A stretch of DNA of 59,979 nt, taken from the NCBI RefSeq assembly GCF_001194135.2, contig NC_068981.1, forward strand, positions 130,458,320 to 130,518,298, read 5' to 3'. The notes beneath the pieces were generated by a model. It saw only the letters and a list, made by a program, of their open reading frames with translations. It was not told the origin of the DNA and made no database searches. Source of the stretch: Octopus bimaculoides (Eukaryota). Shown here piece after piece: positions 1 through 11,204 of the stretch (the first letter of the stretch is position 1; each line of letters starts with the position of its first letter). A program made the translations under genes and the position numbers.

Positions 1-261
1 TATATATATATATATACATACAGTGGCTTCATGCAGGCATAGCATGGATTCAATCCTCAGATAGCCAAATTTCACTTAACAGTTCAACACCACTTTTCCC
101 ATGGTAAAACAATAGTGAGTGACAGCAGTTACATTTGCCAGATGCCTTTGCTAACCAGAATAATGTCTTTGCCACTTGACCCTTCTAACCTCTTCTATTT
201 CACCAAAAGCAAGAATAGAGATAACAGACTGCCAACAAAATCTATTGTTTTCAATAATGTC

Positions 262-570
262 TATCCTTCTGGCTGGTTTTGGATAGTTATAAAAACAAAA
301 ACTCCGTAAACCAAAGTCAGTTAGTGAAAACAAAGTCTGGTTGACTGGCTGAACAAAATGCCGTCTCTGAAGGAAAATCACAAAGGGACAACTATGGTAA
401 CTCACCAACGAAAGAACTGCTTTGTTGATGAATTACCGTACTTGTCCCTTTGTGCCTTTTCCTTCAGACAGCATTTTGTTCAGCTGGTCAGCCAGACTCG
501 GTTCACACTAACTGACTTTGGCTTACAGAGTTCTTGCTTTTATAACTATCCAAAACCAGGCAGAAAGATA
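262..570. repeat. Foldback (long imperfect inverted repeat, about 150-bp arms, about 5-nt loop), MITE-like
   Basis: The left arm TATCCTTCTGGCTGGTTTTGGATAGTTATAAA...GGGACAACTATGGTAA matches the reverse complement of TTACCGTACTTGTCCC...TATAACTATCCAAAACCAGGCAGAAAGATA. Pairing continues inward to the loop AACTG (415-419). Confidence 0.85.
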
Positions 571-769
571 TATATACACACACACACTTATATAATTGTT
601 TTGGAAGAAGCTAGTGGATTAAAATAACTCCAGTACTTGACTGTTACTCTATTTTATCATTCCCAAAATGAGGAAGTGCAAAGTTGACATCAGTAGGATT
701 TGAATCTAAAACATAAAGAGTCAGAAGTAATACAGCAAGCTCTAATGTCTCTGCAAGCTTGCTGTCATG

Positions 770-826
<57 letters not shown>

Positions 827-1336
827 TAATTCGTTTTATTGGCCACAAGGGCTAATATCAATTAAAAACATCTAAGGACAAAGACAGGACGAAGGTTACA
901 AAAGGTTTTGTCCGAAAAGGTAGGAAAGTTCGTCTAAACAGAGGAAGAAAACGGAGAAAGATATAATGAATAAATAAATAAATAGATAAATAAATAAATA
1001 GAACTCCCAAAGGGGAACAACAACAACAACTATTACTAGTACAACAACAATAATAATGGGCACAATATCAGAAGGCATCAAGAGGAATAAAAGGAAATCG
1101 GAATAGACTGCTCAGTAGAACTGTTACGAAAGGTTTGCCTTCTTGGCATAGCCAGAATAATCAGGGAAGCATTAGGTCAGTGGTTCTTAACCTTTTTACT
1201 ACCATGCCTTCCCTAGGAATTTGTCCTTCTCTCCATGCACCCCTTGCATCTATGAATAAAATTCCCTCCCAGATTTTAAATAAAATCTAAAATATGTCTT
1301 TAGTCTTTTTATTGAATATGAATTAATCACATTATT

Positions 1337-1627
1337 AGCGAGATCATTGCCAGTGCCGCTGGACTGGCTCCTGTGCAGGTGGCATGTAAAAAACACCATT
1401 TTAAGCATGGCCGTTGCCAGTACCGCGTGACTGGCCCTCGTGCTGGTGGCACGTAAAAGCACCCACTACACTCTCGGAGTGGTTGGCGTTAGGAAGGGCA
1501 TCCAGCTGTAGAAATTCTGCCAGATCAGATTGGAGTCTGGTGCAGCCATCCGGTTCACCAGTCCTCAGTGAAATCGTCCAATCCATGCTAGCATGGAAAG
1601 CGGAAGTTAAACGATGATGATGATGAT
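1337..1627 (+). mobile_element. SINE-type retroposon 3' part with (GAT)n tail, CpG-retaining copy
   Basis: GGTTGGCGTTAGGAAGGGCATCCAGCTGTAGAAA...CCATGCTAGCATGGAAAGCGG followed by GATGATGAT. Related copies occur at about 23.7, 26.7, 31.0, 36.0, 41.1-41.6 and 50.4 kb. Confidence 0.75.
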
Positions 1628-2081
1628 TTAATATTTAAAATTTTGGTTTTATTATTAAAATTTTTTATTTTCGCAATCTGTGTTTTAATTTTATTGAGAT
1701 TTTATTTGAGCGATAGTAGAACCTATCACATACTTTTTGTTTTATTTCCTATTTTTAAATAATTCATACTTTTCATCTTGCTAAAATTTAAAAATAGTTT
1801 TCAAATTTTCAAATTAAGTTAATATTTCTTAGTTTGTTACTATAATGATTTGATAATGTTTCAGCATGTCTCTTGATTTTTAAGAATCACATTATTTCAT
1901 ATATATGAAAACTGTGGATCAAACTTATTTATAATCTATTAACTGAAAAAGATGTTTGTCTTTACACGATAATAATATCTAAGCTTTACAATAATATCTA
2001 AGCTTTACAATAATATCTAAGAACCAGTGGTTCTTAACCTGAGTCTTGTAACTCATAATAATAATAATAATAATAATAAAT

Positions 2082-2322
2082 AAACCTTATTCAGGGACCT
2101 TTTGAGTGGGATGGGGTACTCAACCTGAAGAAAATTCTAACTGGGCCCCACCTGCGAGGTCATGCGCTGTTTATCTTGATATGAGATCACCATGTTGCGC
2201 ACATATAGTTGTGATGCATGTGCTTGGTGTACCCTTATCAGACGGGTAGCCATGATGGATATGCAGGGCTTCGTATATTTTACCCCAGTGTCACTTTGAT
2301 GGCATGCACTGCTCTCTCACTC

Positions 2323-2352
<30 letters not shown>
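2082..2352 (+). mobile_element. 3' end of a non-LTR retroelement with (AAT)n tail
   Basis: GC-richer block bounded by AAT runs and ending CTCTCTCACTC-(AAT)n. Family not assignable from sequence alone. Confidence 0.45.
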
Positions 2353-2355
<3 letters not shown>

Positions 2356-2376
2356 CATCATCATTATCATCATCAT

Positions 2377-2844
2377 CCTTTCTACTATTTGTGCAAGGCC
2401 TGAAATTTTAGGGAAGAAGGCTAGTTGATTACATTGTCCTCAGTATTCAACTGGTATTTATTTTATTGATCCCAAAAGGATGAAAGGCAAAGTTGATTTC
2501 AGCAGAATTTGTATTCAGAATGTAAAGCCAGAAACAAATGCCACAAAGTGTTTTGTCTGGTGTGCTATTGATCCTAATAGCTCGCCAGCTTACTACTACT
2601 ACTACTACTACTATTACTATTAATAATAATCCTTTCTGCTATAGGCACAAGGGCTAAAATTTTTGGTGAAGGAGTAAGTCAATAATATTGATCTCAGTTC
2701 TCAATTGGTACTTATTTTATTGCCTCTGAATAGATGAAAGGTAAAGTTGACCTTAGCAGAATTTGAATTCAGAATGTAAAGACAGACAAAATGCCACTAA
2801 CCATTTTGCCTAGCATGTTAATGATTCTGTTAGCTTGCTCCCTC

Positions 2845-2886
<42 letters not shown>

Positions 2887-3029
2887 CTTATATTATAAAT
2901 GAGAAGCTGATCTTCAGCTGTCTGTCCATAACAACATCTATGTAGAGGGAGGGAAGAGGGGGGATTCACAATATATATTTATAAACAAGGAAGAGAAAAA
3001 GCTGTTGCTGGGAGAGAAATATATCGAGG

Positions 3030-3107
<78 letters not shown>

Positions 3108-4372
3108 AAGAGAGAATGAGAGAGAGAGAGAAAGCCAGATAGGTAGTGTTGTCATCATAGTAACTAACACGTTTTGATTAAAAACACAAGTATTTTAAGT
3201 GAAAGTCTGTCAACACAATGCAACACAGACTTTAGAAAAAGACTTTCACTATAACGGTAAGCTGTTGTTGTTTAGAGAGAAATACAGTGAAAAATAACAG
3301 TGTGTGAAAGATAGAATTAAAATTTGTTAGGCACAACACCAGTAGTTTTTGAAGGAAGGCAGTAAATTGGTACCATCATTCTTAGTATTTGACCTGTACT
3401 TGTTTTTATCAACCTTGAAAGGATGGAAGGTAAAGTTGACTAGTGGGAGCTAAACTCAGAATGTAAAGAATCAGAACGAACAATTCTCTAATTCTTTCTA
3501 ATTTTGGCAAAGCCTAGCTATTTTGAAAGCAGGGAGAAAATTGATTACATGGACACTGGTACTTTATTTTACCAACACCAAAAGAATAAAAGGTAAAGTT
3601 GATCTTGGTGAAATTTGAACTTGGAATGTCAAGAGCTGGAGAAATGTCACTAAGCATTTTGTCAGACACACTAACAATTGTGCTAGCTCACCACCTTTAA
3701 TAATAATAATAATAATAATTATTATTATTATTATTATAATAATCCTTTCTACTATAGGCACAACGCCTGAGATTTTAAGGGAGGGAACCAGTTGATTACA
3801 TTGACCCCAGTGCTCAACTGGTACTTAATTTGTTGACCCTGAAAGGATGAAAGGTAAAGTCAACCTGGTGGAATTTGAATGCAGAACATAAGGACAGATG
3901 AAACGCTGTTAAGCATTTTGCCTGGTGTGCTAATGATTCTGCCAGCTTGCTGTCTTAATAATAATAATAATAATGATAATAGTAATGATAATGATAATAA
4001 TCTTTTCTAGTAAAGGCACAAGGCCTGAAATTGTTGGGGAGGAGACTAGTCGATTACATTGACTCCAGTGTTTTATTGGTACTTGATTTATCGATCTCGA
4101 AAGGATGAAGAGGCAAAGCCAACCTTGGCGGAATTTGAACTCAGAACATAGCGACAGGCAAAGTACCGCTAAGCATTTCATCCAACATACTAACGATTCT
4201 GCCAGCTTGCTGCTGTAATAATAACAATAATGATAGTAATAATTCTTTCTACTATAGGCACAAACTTGAAACTTATGGGGGAGAGGTTAACTAATTAAAT
4301 TGATTCTAGTCCTCAACTGATACTTATTTCATCAACTCAAAATGACAGGAAGTAAAGCTGACTTTGGTGGAA
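2377..4372 (-). mobile_element. Chain of about 7 copies of one tRNA-derived SINE family (Meta-SINE-like central domain), separated by (AAT)n tails
   Basis: Repeated units near 2377, 2631, 3340, 3490, 3744, 4000 and 4243. Each carries GAATTTGAACTCAG-like sequence on plus (B-box GAGTTCAAATTC on minus) and the GAAAGGATGAAAGG-AAAGT-GACC domain. Confidence 0.8.
3031..3130. repeat. (AG)n microsatellite
   Basis: Direct reading. Confidence 0.95.
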
Positions 4373-5062
4373 TAATAATAATAATAATGATTTCAACTTT
4401 TTGGCATCAGACCAGCAATTTTAAGGGGAGGAGGTTAATTGGAATCACTCGAGCCTATAGTTTCATGCCAAAGCGCACATCAAGTTTGACAAGTTGTGTC
4501 ACCTCTGTTGCTCTTTAGCTAATATTACACAGACAGACACTGATATACACACATGTGGATGCATATGTATACACACATATAAATAAAAATTTCAAACTAT
4601 ATATATATATCACACTATTTGTATATATATATATCAAGCTATATATATTGACACTCTGATTTGTTTAAATAGGTATATGAGCATCTGTGAAATTTTGAAG
4701 ATGAAAATTTTTTTTAAAACTTAATAATTTTCCAACTTCTTTATAGAATAATAATTAAGGCAGAATCATAATACAGGTTGATATCAAAAACTAGTGTTAA
4801 TGGCTTCAGTACTAATTCTGATTTTCAATTACAATAATCTAAAGAAAAGCATTGCAAATTTAAAAAAAAAATATCATTACAGAGGAAATGATTAATCTGA
4901 AATCCCAATATATTTGCAATTGAATTGAAATTGGTTAAAATCAATGAAGAAAACGTGATTTTTCAAGAGGGAGAGATGTCGGGACTAAGCATATGAAGTG
5001 TTCTGATTGTGACAGCAGATTTAGTATGGAATTACCGGGGAGTTACGTCCCCTGAGCCTACT

Positions 5063-5072
5063 GTGATTGGCT
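5063..5072 (-). promoter_or_regulatory. CCAAT box (NF-Y consensus AGCCAATCAC on minus)
   Basis: GTGATTGGCT on plus, at the left edge of the CpG-retaining zone and about 135 bp upstream of a strong splice donor at 5208. Confidence 0.5.
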
Positions 5073-5183
5073 AATTTGGTTGCTAAATTATTATGGGATA
5101 ACACTGTAATCTGTTCAAGTGGTTCACTGCTGGTAATATCATCACTGGTCTTCGGAGTTGCCGTTTGTTTATTATTTATTTAC

Positions 5184-5280
5184 CTTGTTCCAGTGCTAAA
5201 ACATAAAGGTAAGCAGAAAATTTCGTCAACTTGAAAATTCTTCGGATAGTTCCTTTTCTTGCATCGTTCATGTAGAGTTG
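5184..5280 (-). CDS. Candidate internal exon of a minus-strand gene running off the left of the window
   Basis: Acceptor TTTTTCTTTTTCATTTTTCTTTTTTACACAAG and donor CAAG|GTAAAT. Two frames are open (QLYMNDARKGTIRRIFKLTKFSAYLYVLALEQ or TLHERCKKRNYPKNFQVDEIFCLPLCFSTGT). An upstream minus donor ATAG|GTGAGT lies at 5984. Confidence 0.35.
5194..5208 (+). other. End of a probable non-coding 5' exon (or 15-nt exon) with donor AAAG|GTAAGC
   Basis: Canonical donor at 5209. A possible acceptor CCTTGTTCCAG ends at 5193. An in-frame stop precedes the junction relative to the ATG at 5834. Confidence 0.45.
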
Positions 5281-5833
5281 CTTGTGTAAAAAAGAAAAAT
5301 GAAAAAGAAAAATCCCCCAAATAGTGTGTGCGTTTTGTCTTGAAGAGAAATACTTCCATTCTCTCTCTGGAAATGGTAGCCTGCTGCTATTATATCATTG
5401 TGTTATTCTTTCTTCTGCTCCTCCCACTCGTGAGATATTGGAAAATACCTACTATGTTATTCGGTTCCTCACTCTTATCTATGTTTCTTTCTCATTTGAA
5501 GTGGAATTTTATTGGTAGAAAATGGAATTTATAACTATGTTTGAATTCCGATAAACATGTAGTTGCAATCTACATTACCAACTGCGTAGTTCACCAATAT
5601 TCTTCGATTTTCTTGGGAATTTTAGTGCTACAACGAATATCAGTTCGACTGTACCGCCAACTGCAATGATTTTACTCCGATTATTTTTGATCCGTATTCA
5701 ATGTCGGGATCTGATTTAATACATGCCATTACGATAGTTACTCATTGTTTATAACCTATAATTACGTTATATTCTTTTAAACTTTTGTTTTCTTCAGTTT
5801 AAGAGGAAAAAAAAAACAATTAATAAAAGCGAA

Positions 5834-5892
5834 ATGGAAAATAAAGCAGAAGAAAAAACAAAAGCAAAACGTATTTTCTTTCACAAAGTCAG
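5834..5892 (+). CDS. First coding exon of an unidentified protein (MENKAEEKTKAKRIFFHKV); exon begins at 5798
   Basis: Acceptor TTTTGTTTTCTTCAG (5797), ATG 5834, donor TCAG|GTAAAA. Phase 2 joins the next exon without a stop. Confidence 0.6.
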
Positions 5893-6060
5893 GTAAAAAC
5901 AATATGGAATATTTGTTTCATGTTTCTCATTAAGAAAACATTGGACCTCTTTGCTATACTTCTTTACACACACAGAGACTCACCTATTCATCGTAGTAGG
6001 GGCTTTAGCAACATGTTGATCCCGTGATCGACATATTTATGCACTTTTTTTATTCTTCAG

Positions 6061-6146
6061 GCTCTCATCTTATTACATTGACACAGAAAATGTAATAATG
6101 AATAAACAAGAGAGAAAAAAAAAGGCCAAGGCATTGACCTCCGAAG
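6061..6146 (+). CDS. Coding exon (RLSSYYIDTENVIMNKQERKKKAKALTSE)
   Basis: Acceptor TTTTTTTATTCTTCAG and donor GAAG|GTCAGT. The only open frame is the one dictated by the previous exon. Confidence 0.6.
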
Positions 6147-6951
6147 GTCAGTTTTCTTTATGGACTCTTTACTATTTGTTTTCTTTTTTTTTCCCTGCCT
6201 CTACCGCATTTAGAGAAATTAATGTCAGGATTAGGTTAGCATCGCAACTTTATTTCGCCCGCTTCAAAATCTAAGTATTCATGTCTATGAAAAACAAATT
6301 ATTCGATTGAAAAGGAAAACAACTATTTCCACAGATTCGTCATTTACTTGTATTAAAATCTTCTTTATTAAGATATGTTTATTTTTTCCTTCGTTCATTT
6401 TTTAAAAAAAATACTAACAAATTAGTAAATTTTTATTGTTTGTAAAATATTTAATACAAGTCGGCACTGACTGAAATAGATGAAAGGCATTCAAGTTGTG
6501 ACCATCCCATCTTATTTTTGCATTTTTCTTCTAGGTGTAGTGTATCATGAACATTATTAAAATGTGGCCGCCTGTTTTTTCTTCTGAAGTCTATTATAGG
6601 ATGTTATTTGAGGGAGATTTAGCTGATAGTCTCAGATGTTTTTCAGTTAAAAAAATAAACAAACAAACAATGATTCATTAAAGTTATAGGTGATCATCAC
6701 CAAGTTATATTTTCCGCGAAAGTAAATGAATCTGTAAAATATATTTTCTTAATCAAATATTTCTTTACCGAAATTCTTCTGATTTGTTCAACATATGAAT
6801 TGCCCCCAAATTCCATTTGCAAAAAAAAAAAGTACCCATTGGAAAGAATCGAATAGCTATATTTATTCTTAGTATATATGTATGTATATGTGTGTGTTTA
6901 TAATGTCTTGTTATTGTTTTTGTTTCCATTCTGATCCACGTACACACGTAG

Positions 6952-6977
6952 TACATATATATTTGGAGTTTTGCCAG
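6952..6977 (+). CDS. Possible short coding exon (VHIYLEFCQ)
   Basis: Pyrimidine-rich upstream tract, donor CCAG|GTAAAC, phase 1 entry matches the exon ending at 6146. Confidence 0.3.
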
Positions 6978-7074
6978 GTAAACAACTACTTTCTCATGGC
7001 CTGGTGTTCAGAGCAAATTACATACTCTTCGATTAACATTGGACCATTACTGGCCAATGATTGAACCTCTACAT

Positions 7075-7290
7075 CAGTGTTTCCCAACTCGGGGTCCGCA
7101 GAAATAGTAATGGCATTCCGCGATCGTGTTTATGATTTTAAAAAGGCTTTAGTTTAAAAACGTATAATTACTCAATTACATCTATATATTTAGTCGCATA
7201 TATCTTTCAATTAGGAGATGAAACCTAAGTATTAAAATCAGCTCATTAAATCAGCGGGGTCCTTGGTAGTAAAAAAGTTAGGAACTCTTC
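7075..7290. mobile_element. hAT-like non-autonomous DNA element (MITE)
   Basis: Starts CAGTGTTTCCCAACT, contains GGGGTCC subterminal motifs at both ends, and ends in a degenerate AGTTAGGAACTC. Confidence 0.45.
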
Positions 7291-7416
7291 CTGTTCATGG
7301 TCTTTTGATCCGAGAAATAGCAGCCAAATCTCCCTATCAAATCTCATCTATCAAATAAAAAATAAGCCCCAAATCCACAAATGGATAACGTGATCTTATA
7401 TACAACTCTACTCGGC

Positions 7417-7447
<31 letters not shown>

Positions 7448-8100
7448 GATGGTTATAACTGGGACAACTTTATCCATATTTGAGCGGTCAGTGCTGGCTT
7501 GGAACTCCACAACAATTTATTGTTATTAATTATGCCCTACAGAATCTTAAATTTTGTTATTTTATATTGTTTTTACTAGCATTATTTTTAGTAACTTTCG
7601 TTGATTTAATTACTAAATCCGTTTATTTATTTATATTTATTTTTTCTCTACAGCATTTGTTATTCTGCTACTATCATTGTTTGCAGATATCAAACCCCAT
7701 TCCAATACGTGTATTTACTCACGTATATAATTATCTCTCCTATAAAATACTTGCCATGAGTGGACGAAATACGTGACTCATAGGTTGTTAAAGCACAGTT
7801 TTCTTCAGATCTTTTCAAACTTTATTAGTCGCCAGTGTATGAACATTACTAAACAATCATTGTCTCTTTATATAATTTGATATACACACACATTAATTTC
7901 TGACATTGGAACAAGATAAACCCCCTTTTTTTGTGAGGAGGATTAAATCATTCAACCCAGTAGTATTTGACTGGTTTCTTTACTTAACCAACAATTGTCT
8001 TAATATCGAATGACTAAATTAAATATTCCCATTTTATGAAGCAGCAAAGGTTTGCTGGTGTGATTTTTAATTATGACGAAATGTTTATATTTTTCATCAG

Positions 8101-8139
8101 ATGACCTCGTCTTTTCCTCTTTCTCATTGCACGAAGAAA
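8101..8139 (+). CDS. Possible coding exon (DDLVFSSFSLHEE)
   Basis: Good acceptor TATATTTTTCATCAG and phase-1 open frame. The donor GTGTAC is weak; read-through would stop near 8191. Confidence 0.3.
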
Positions 8140-8711
8140 GTGTACTTGAAAGGAAGCATCATAGCCTCGTGACTTATCCACCTGTTGGCTAATGACTTCA
8201 CACTGTCACTACGTTTATGATGTCACGATTTTGCTACTGTTTGTTCCTACTATTTGTTAAAAAGATTAGCACTACTAAGTTTAGAATTAGTTTTTAATAC
8301 TTTCCAGTTAACTCATAACTAGTTAGTAAAATGAATAAGCTTATTTGTGTAAGGTTTCACGTTTTCCAATATTTTTTTCTCTTTTAGCCTTTCTCATCAT
8401 CAGTACGTTCGCTAAAAAAATATATAAATATATAAAATGAATCTAAATACTAGCAGATTCCGAGGGGAATTTCTTAATTTCTCTTAGAAATTCGAAATGC
8501 TTTGATGTCTATAAAAAAAGAAAGAGGTTCACTTAATACATGTCCAATAATAATAATAATGTTATGACTCGAGATGTTTGCTTCGCCTTTACGTTTGTTG
8601 CTCTCTTTAACAATTAATTATATAAACTGAATTTCTTTTCTTGCGGCCCTAGTTTCATGCTTAGGCCTGAAGATTGCAGTAGCATGAAACTCCTGTCATG
8701 AACGCTCTCTC

Positions 8712-8746
<35 letters not shown>

Positions 8747-8969
8747 TGTTATTCATTGGTTCCGTAAGGCTAAACCCCTTATGAGCGAGAAACCCAGGGT
8801 AACCCATAAACCGGCCTACCCCACTATATAATATATATATATATATTCATTAAAATACAGAGATGCCTATAATAGGACATCTAACCCGCTAGAAAGAGCA
8901 GCAAAAAACTCTATACCACAAAAATAGGGATAATTTCGAAAGAGAATGAAAAATAAAAGTTTTTATTTT

Positions 8970-9224
8970 NNNNNNNNNNNNNNNNNNNNNNNNNNNNNNN
9001 NNNNNNNNNNNNNNNNNNNNNNNNNNNNNNNNNNNNNNNNNNNNNNNNNNNNNNNNNNNNNNNNNNNNNNNNNNNNNNNNNNNNNNNNNNNNNNNNNNNN
9101 NNNNNNNNNNNNNNNNNNNNNNNNNNNNNNNNNNNNNNNNNNNNNNNNNNNNNNNNNNNNNNNNNNNNNNNNNNNNNNNNNNNNNNNNNNNNNNNNNNNN
9201 NNNNNNNNNNNNNNNNNNNNNNNN

Positions 9225-9225
<1 letters not shown>
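8970..9225. other. Assembly gap (first of seven; others at about 19811-20073, 21469-21833, 26930-27339, 49872-50155, 50801-51114, 57420-57554)
   Basis: Runs of N, mostly next to microsatellites, homopolymers or SINEs. Confidence 0.99.
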
Positions 9226-9267
<42 letters not shown>

Positions 9268-9537
9268 CATACTAGTATGTGCATACCTACATCTACCTGT
9301 ATATATGGGTACAGGACGTTGCAAACAAAATGTTGACAAAAAAAAAATAATAACCAGAGTACAGAAAACACACAGGCCACATAGAGAACATTTTCCTTCA
9401 TCAGCTGCCACCATCTAACACAGGCGTTTCGAAGAGTATAGACATAGACTGAGGAATAACATTTTATTTCGGGATGTTCCTTTCATGAACCGAGAAAGAA
9501 ACAAATCAATGAATTGCTTTTATGACAATTATCTCAG

Positions 9538-9692
9538 ATTATTCTTGGCCTAGTTGTGAAGCTGCTTCTGTTAGGGAACTTGCTGTATCTTACTGTATAC
9601 TAGATGAACCTACATCACAACAAGAAATGCAAAGAAGGGCAGTTCTGTCCAATTTACTATTTTACCAGGACCGATTTCGGAGATTGAACTGA
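9538..9692 (+). CDS. Coding exon (YSWPSCEAASVRELAVSYCILDEPTSQQEMQRRAVLSNLLFYQDRFRRLN*) ending in TGA
   Basis: Acceptor ATTATCTCAG, 50 open protein-like codons in phase 1 in unique sequence, TGA at 9690-9692, then GAA|GTGAGT. Confidence 0.55.
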
Positions 9693-9794
9693 GAAGTGAG
9701 TCTAAAATAAACAATTATCGTTAGTGCTAGGCGGTACTCTAGCATGGGCATGGTCTCTGGCCGAAACTAATAATAGAATAATAGAATCTTTTAT

Positions 9795-10135
9795 CTGCTA
9801 CTGGTTTCAGGACTGCAGCCATGATGGAGCACTGCGTTGAAGGGGTTAGTTGAAAAAATCGACCCCAGTATTTATTCTGTTGGACTCTTCTTGCCGAACC
9901 GACAGGTTATGATGATGTAAACAAACCAAAACTTGTTAAACGGTGGTGGGGAAAACACACACACACATGCATACCCGACGGGCTTCTTTTAGTTTTCTTG
10001 TACCAATTTTGCTCACAAGGCTTTGGTCACCCCGGGGCTATAGTAGAAGACACTTGCCCAAGTTGCCGCGCAATTGGACTGAACCTAAGACTACATGGTT
10101 AGGAAGCAAGCTTCTTGCCATACACCAATGCCTGT
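9795..10135 (-). mobile_element. tRNA-derived CORE-type SINE with 3' extension, CpGs largely retained
   Basis: CACTTGCCCAAG (CORE-like CTTGGGCAAGTG on minus) with head GGTTAGGAAGCAAGCTTC. The same family recurs at 13.9-14.2, 19.1-19.3, 19.7, 21.3, 22.6, 30.6, 39.4, 40.9, 42.4, 48.4 and 51.4 kb. Confidence 0.7.
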
Positions 10136-11158
10136 GCGTATTCATTCATGTAAAGTATGATAATATGGCTGAAGGAGAATACCACGTGTGTGTGGTGGGG
10201 GTGAGCATTCTATATAGTAGGTACGTATATGGTAAGGTCTTGTGTATGTAACGTGGAGTTGAAATGGAACTTCGATGAGCTGAGATTATTCAAGCAATTA
10301 ATAGAGAAAAACCTCCTTGTAAGGATTGTTTAATTTTTCGTTTTAAAGAATCAAGCAAGGGAAATAACTCTAATAAAATCAGTTTACCGAATTTTTATAT
10401 AATTAAGGCAACACAAACTGGATTGGATTTGAATTATAGTGTCAACTGTTAAAAGCAACGGATGTTTTGATTTCATTAGAACTACTCATTGACATTTACC
10501 CTTCCGCGGTTGATAACACGGTGAAAGGAAATAGTCATAGGAAAAATGTCACATTTCATTCATCTACATTCTGTAAATAGATAAGTAAAAAGAAAATTGG
10601 AAGTTACAACCACACACACACACACATAAATAAAACGTGATTTTTTTTACGCATATGTATAAATGAGATTATATAAATTGTGCGTGTGTGTGTACATACA
10701 CACACACATATATATATATATATATAATGTCATATACTAATAAACGACTTATAATATTAATATATTATTAACTGTTATTTTTATAGTATTCCAGTGAAAT
10801 GTGACAAGGAGACGATATGATATTTAATTTAAATAATGAATAATAATTGAAGTCGTTAAACAAAAAAAAAAAAATCCAAATTGCATTTAAACTGAAAATA
10901 CCCGACTTGCATATGTAAAATTTATGTAACGTGAGTCCCTGTTGTAACCGTTCTATTTCTTACGGACAAATTACATCATACCATTTTAAAACTGCAACAC
11001 GTTGGATAATGTTGTCTTGGCTTCTCTGTACGTAGGAAAAAGACGGAATGGTTCTAGTTGAGGTGCCTTTGATCATGGGCTTGCTCAATCACCGTTGCAG
11101 TTAAACGCAACTACAGAAATTTATATAATGACATACATGAACAAAATATTTACCCAAT

Positions 11159-11204
<46 letters not shown>

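Noticed and set aside
2330-4400. Regular repeat-plus-spacer appearance suggestive of a CRISPR-like array
   Set aside because: Units are about 200-bp diverged SINEs separated by microsatellites in eukaryotic DNA; no cas genes.
8652-8700. CTGAAGA...GAAAC...GTC hammerhead-like string within a 10-bp inverted repeat (GTTTCATGCT / AGCATGAAAC)
   Set aside because: Stem II closes with a T-T mismatch and no stem I can be formed next to the core in either type I or type III topology.
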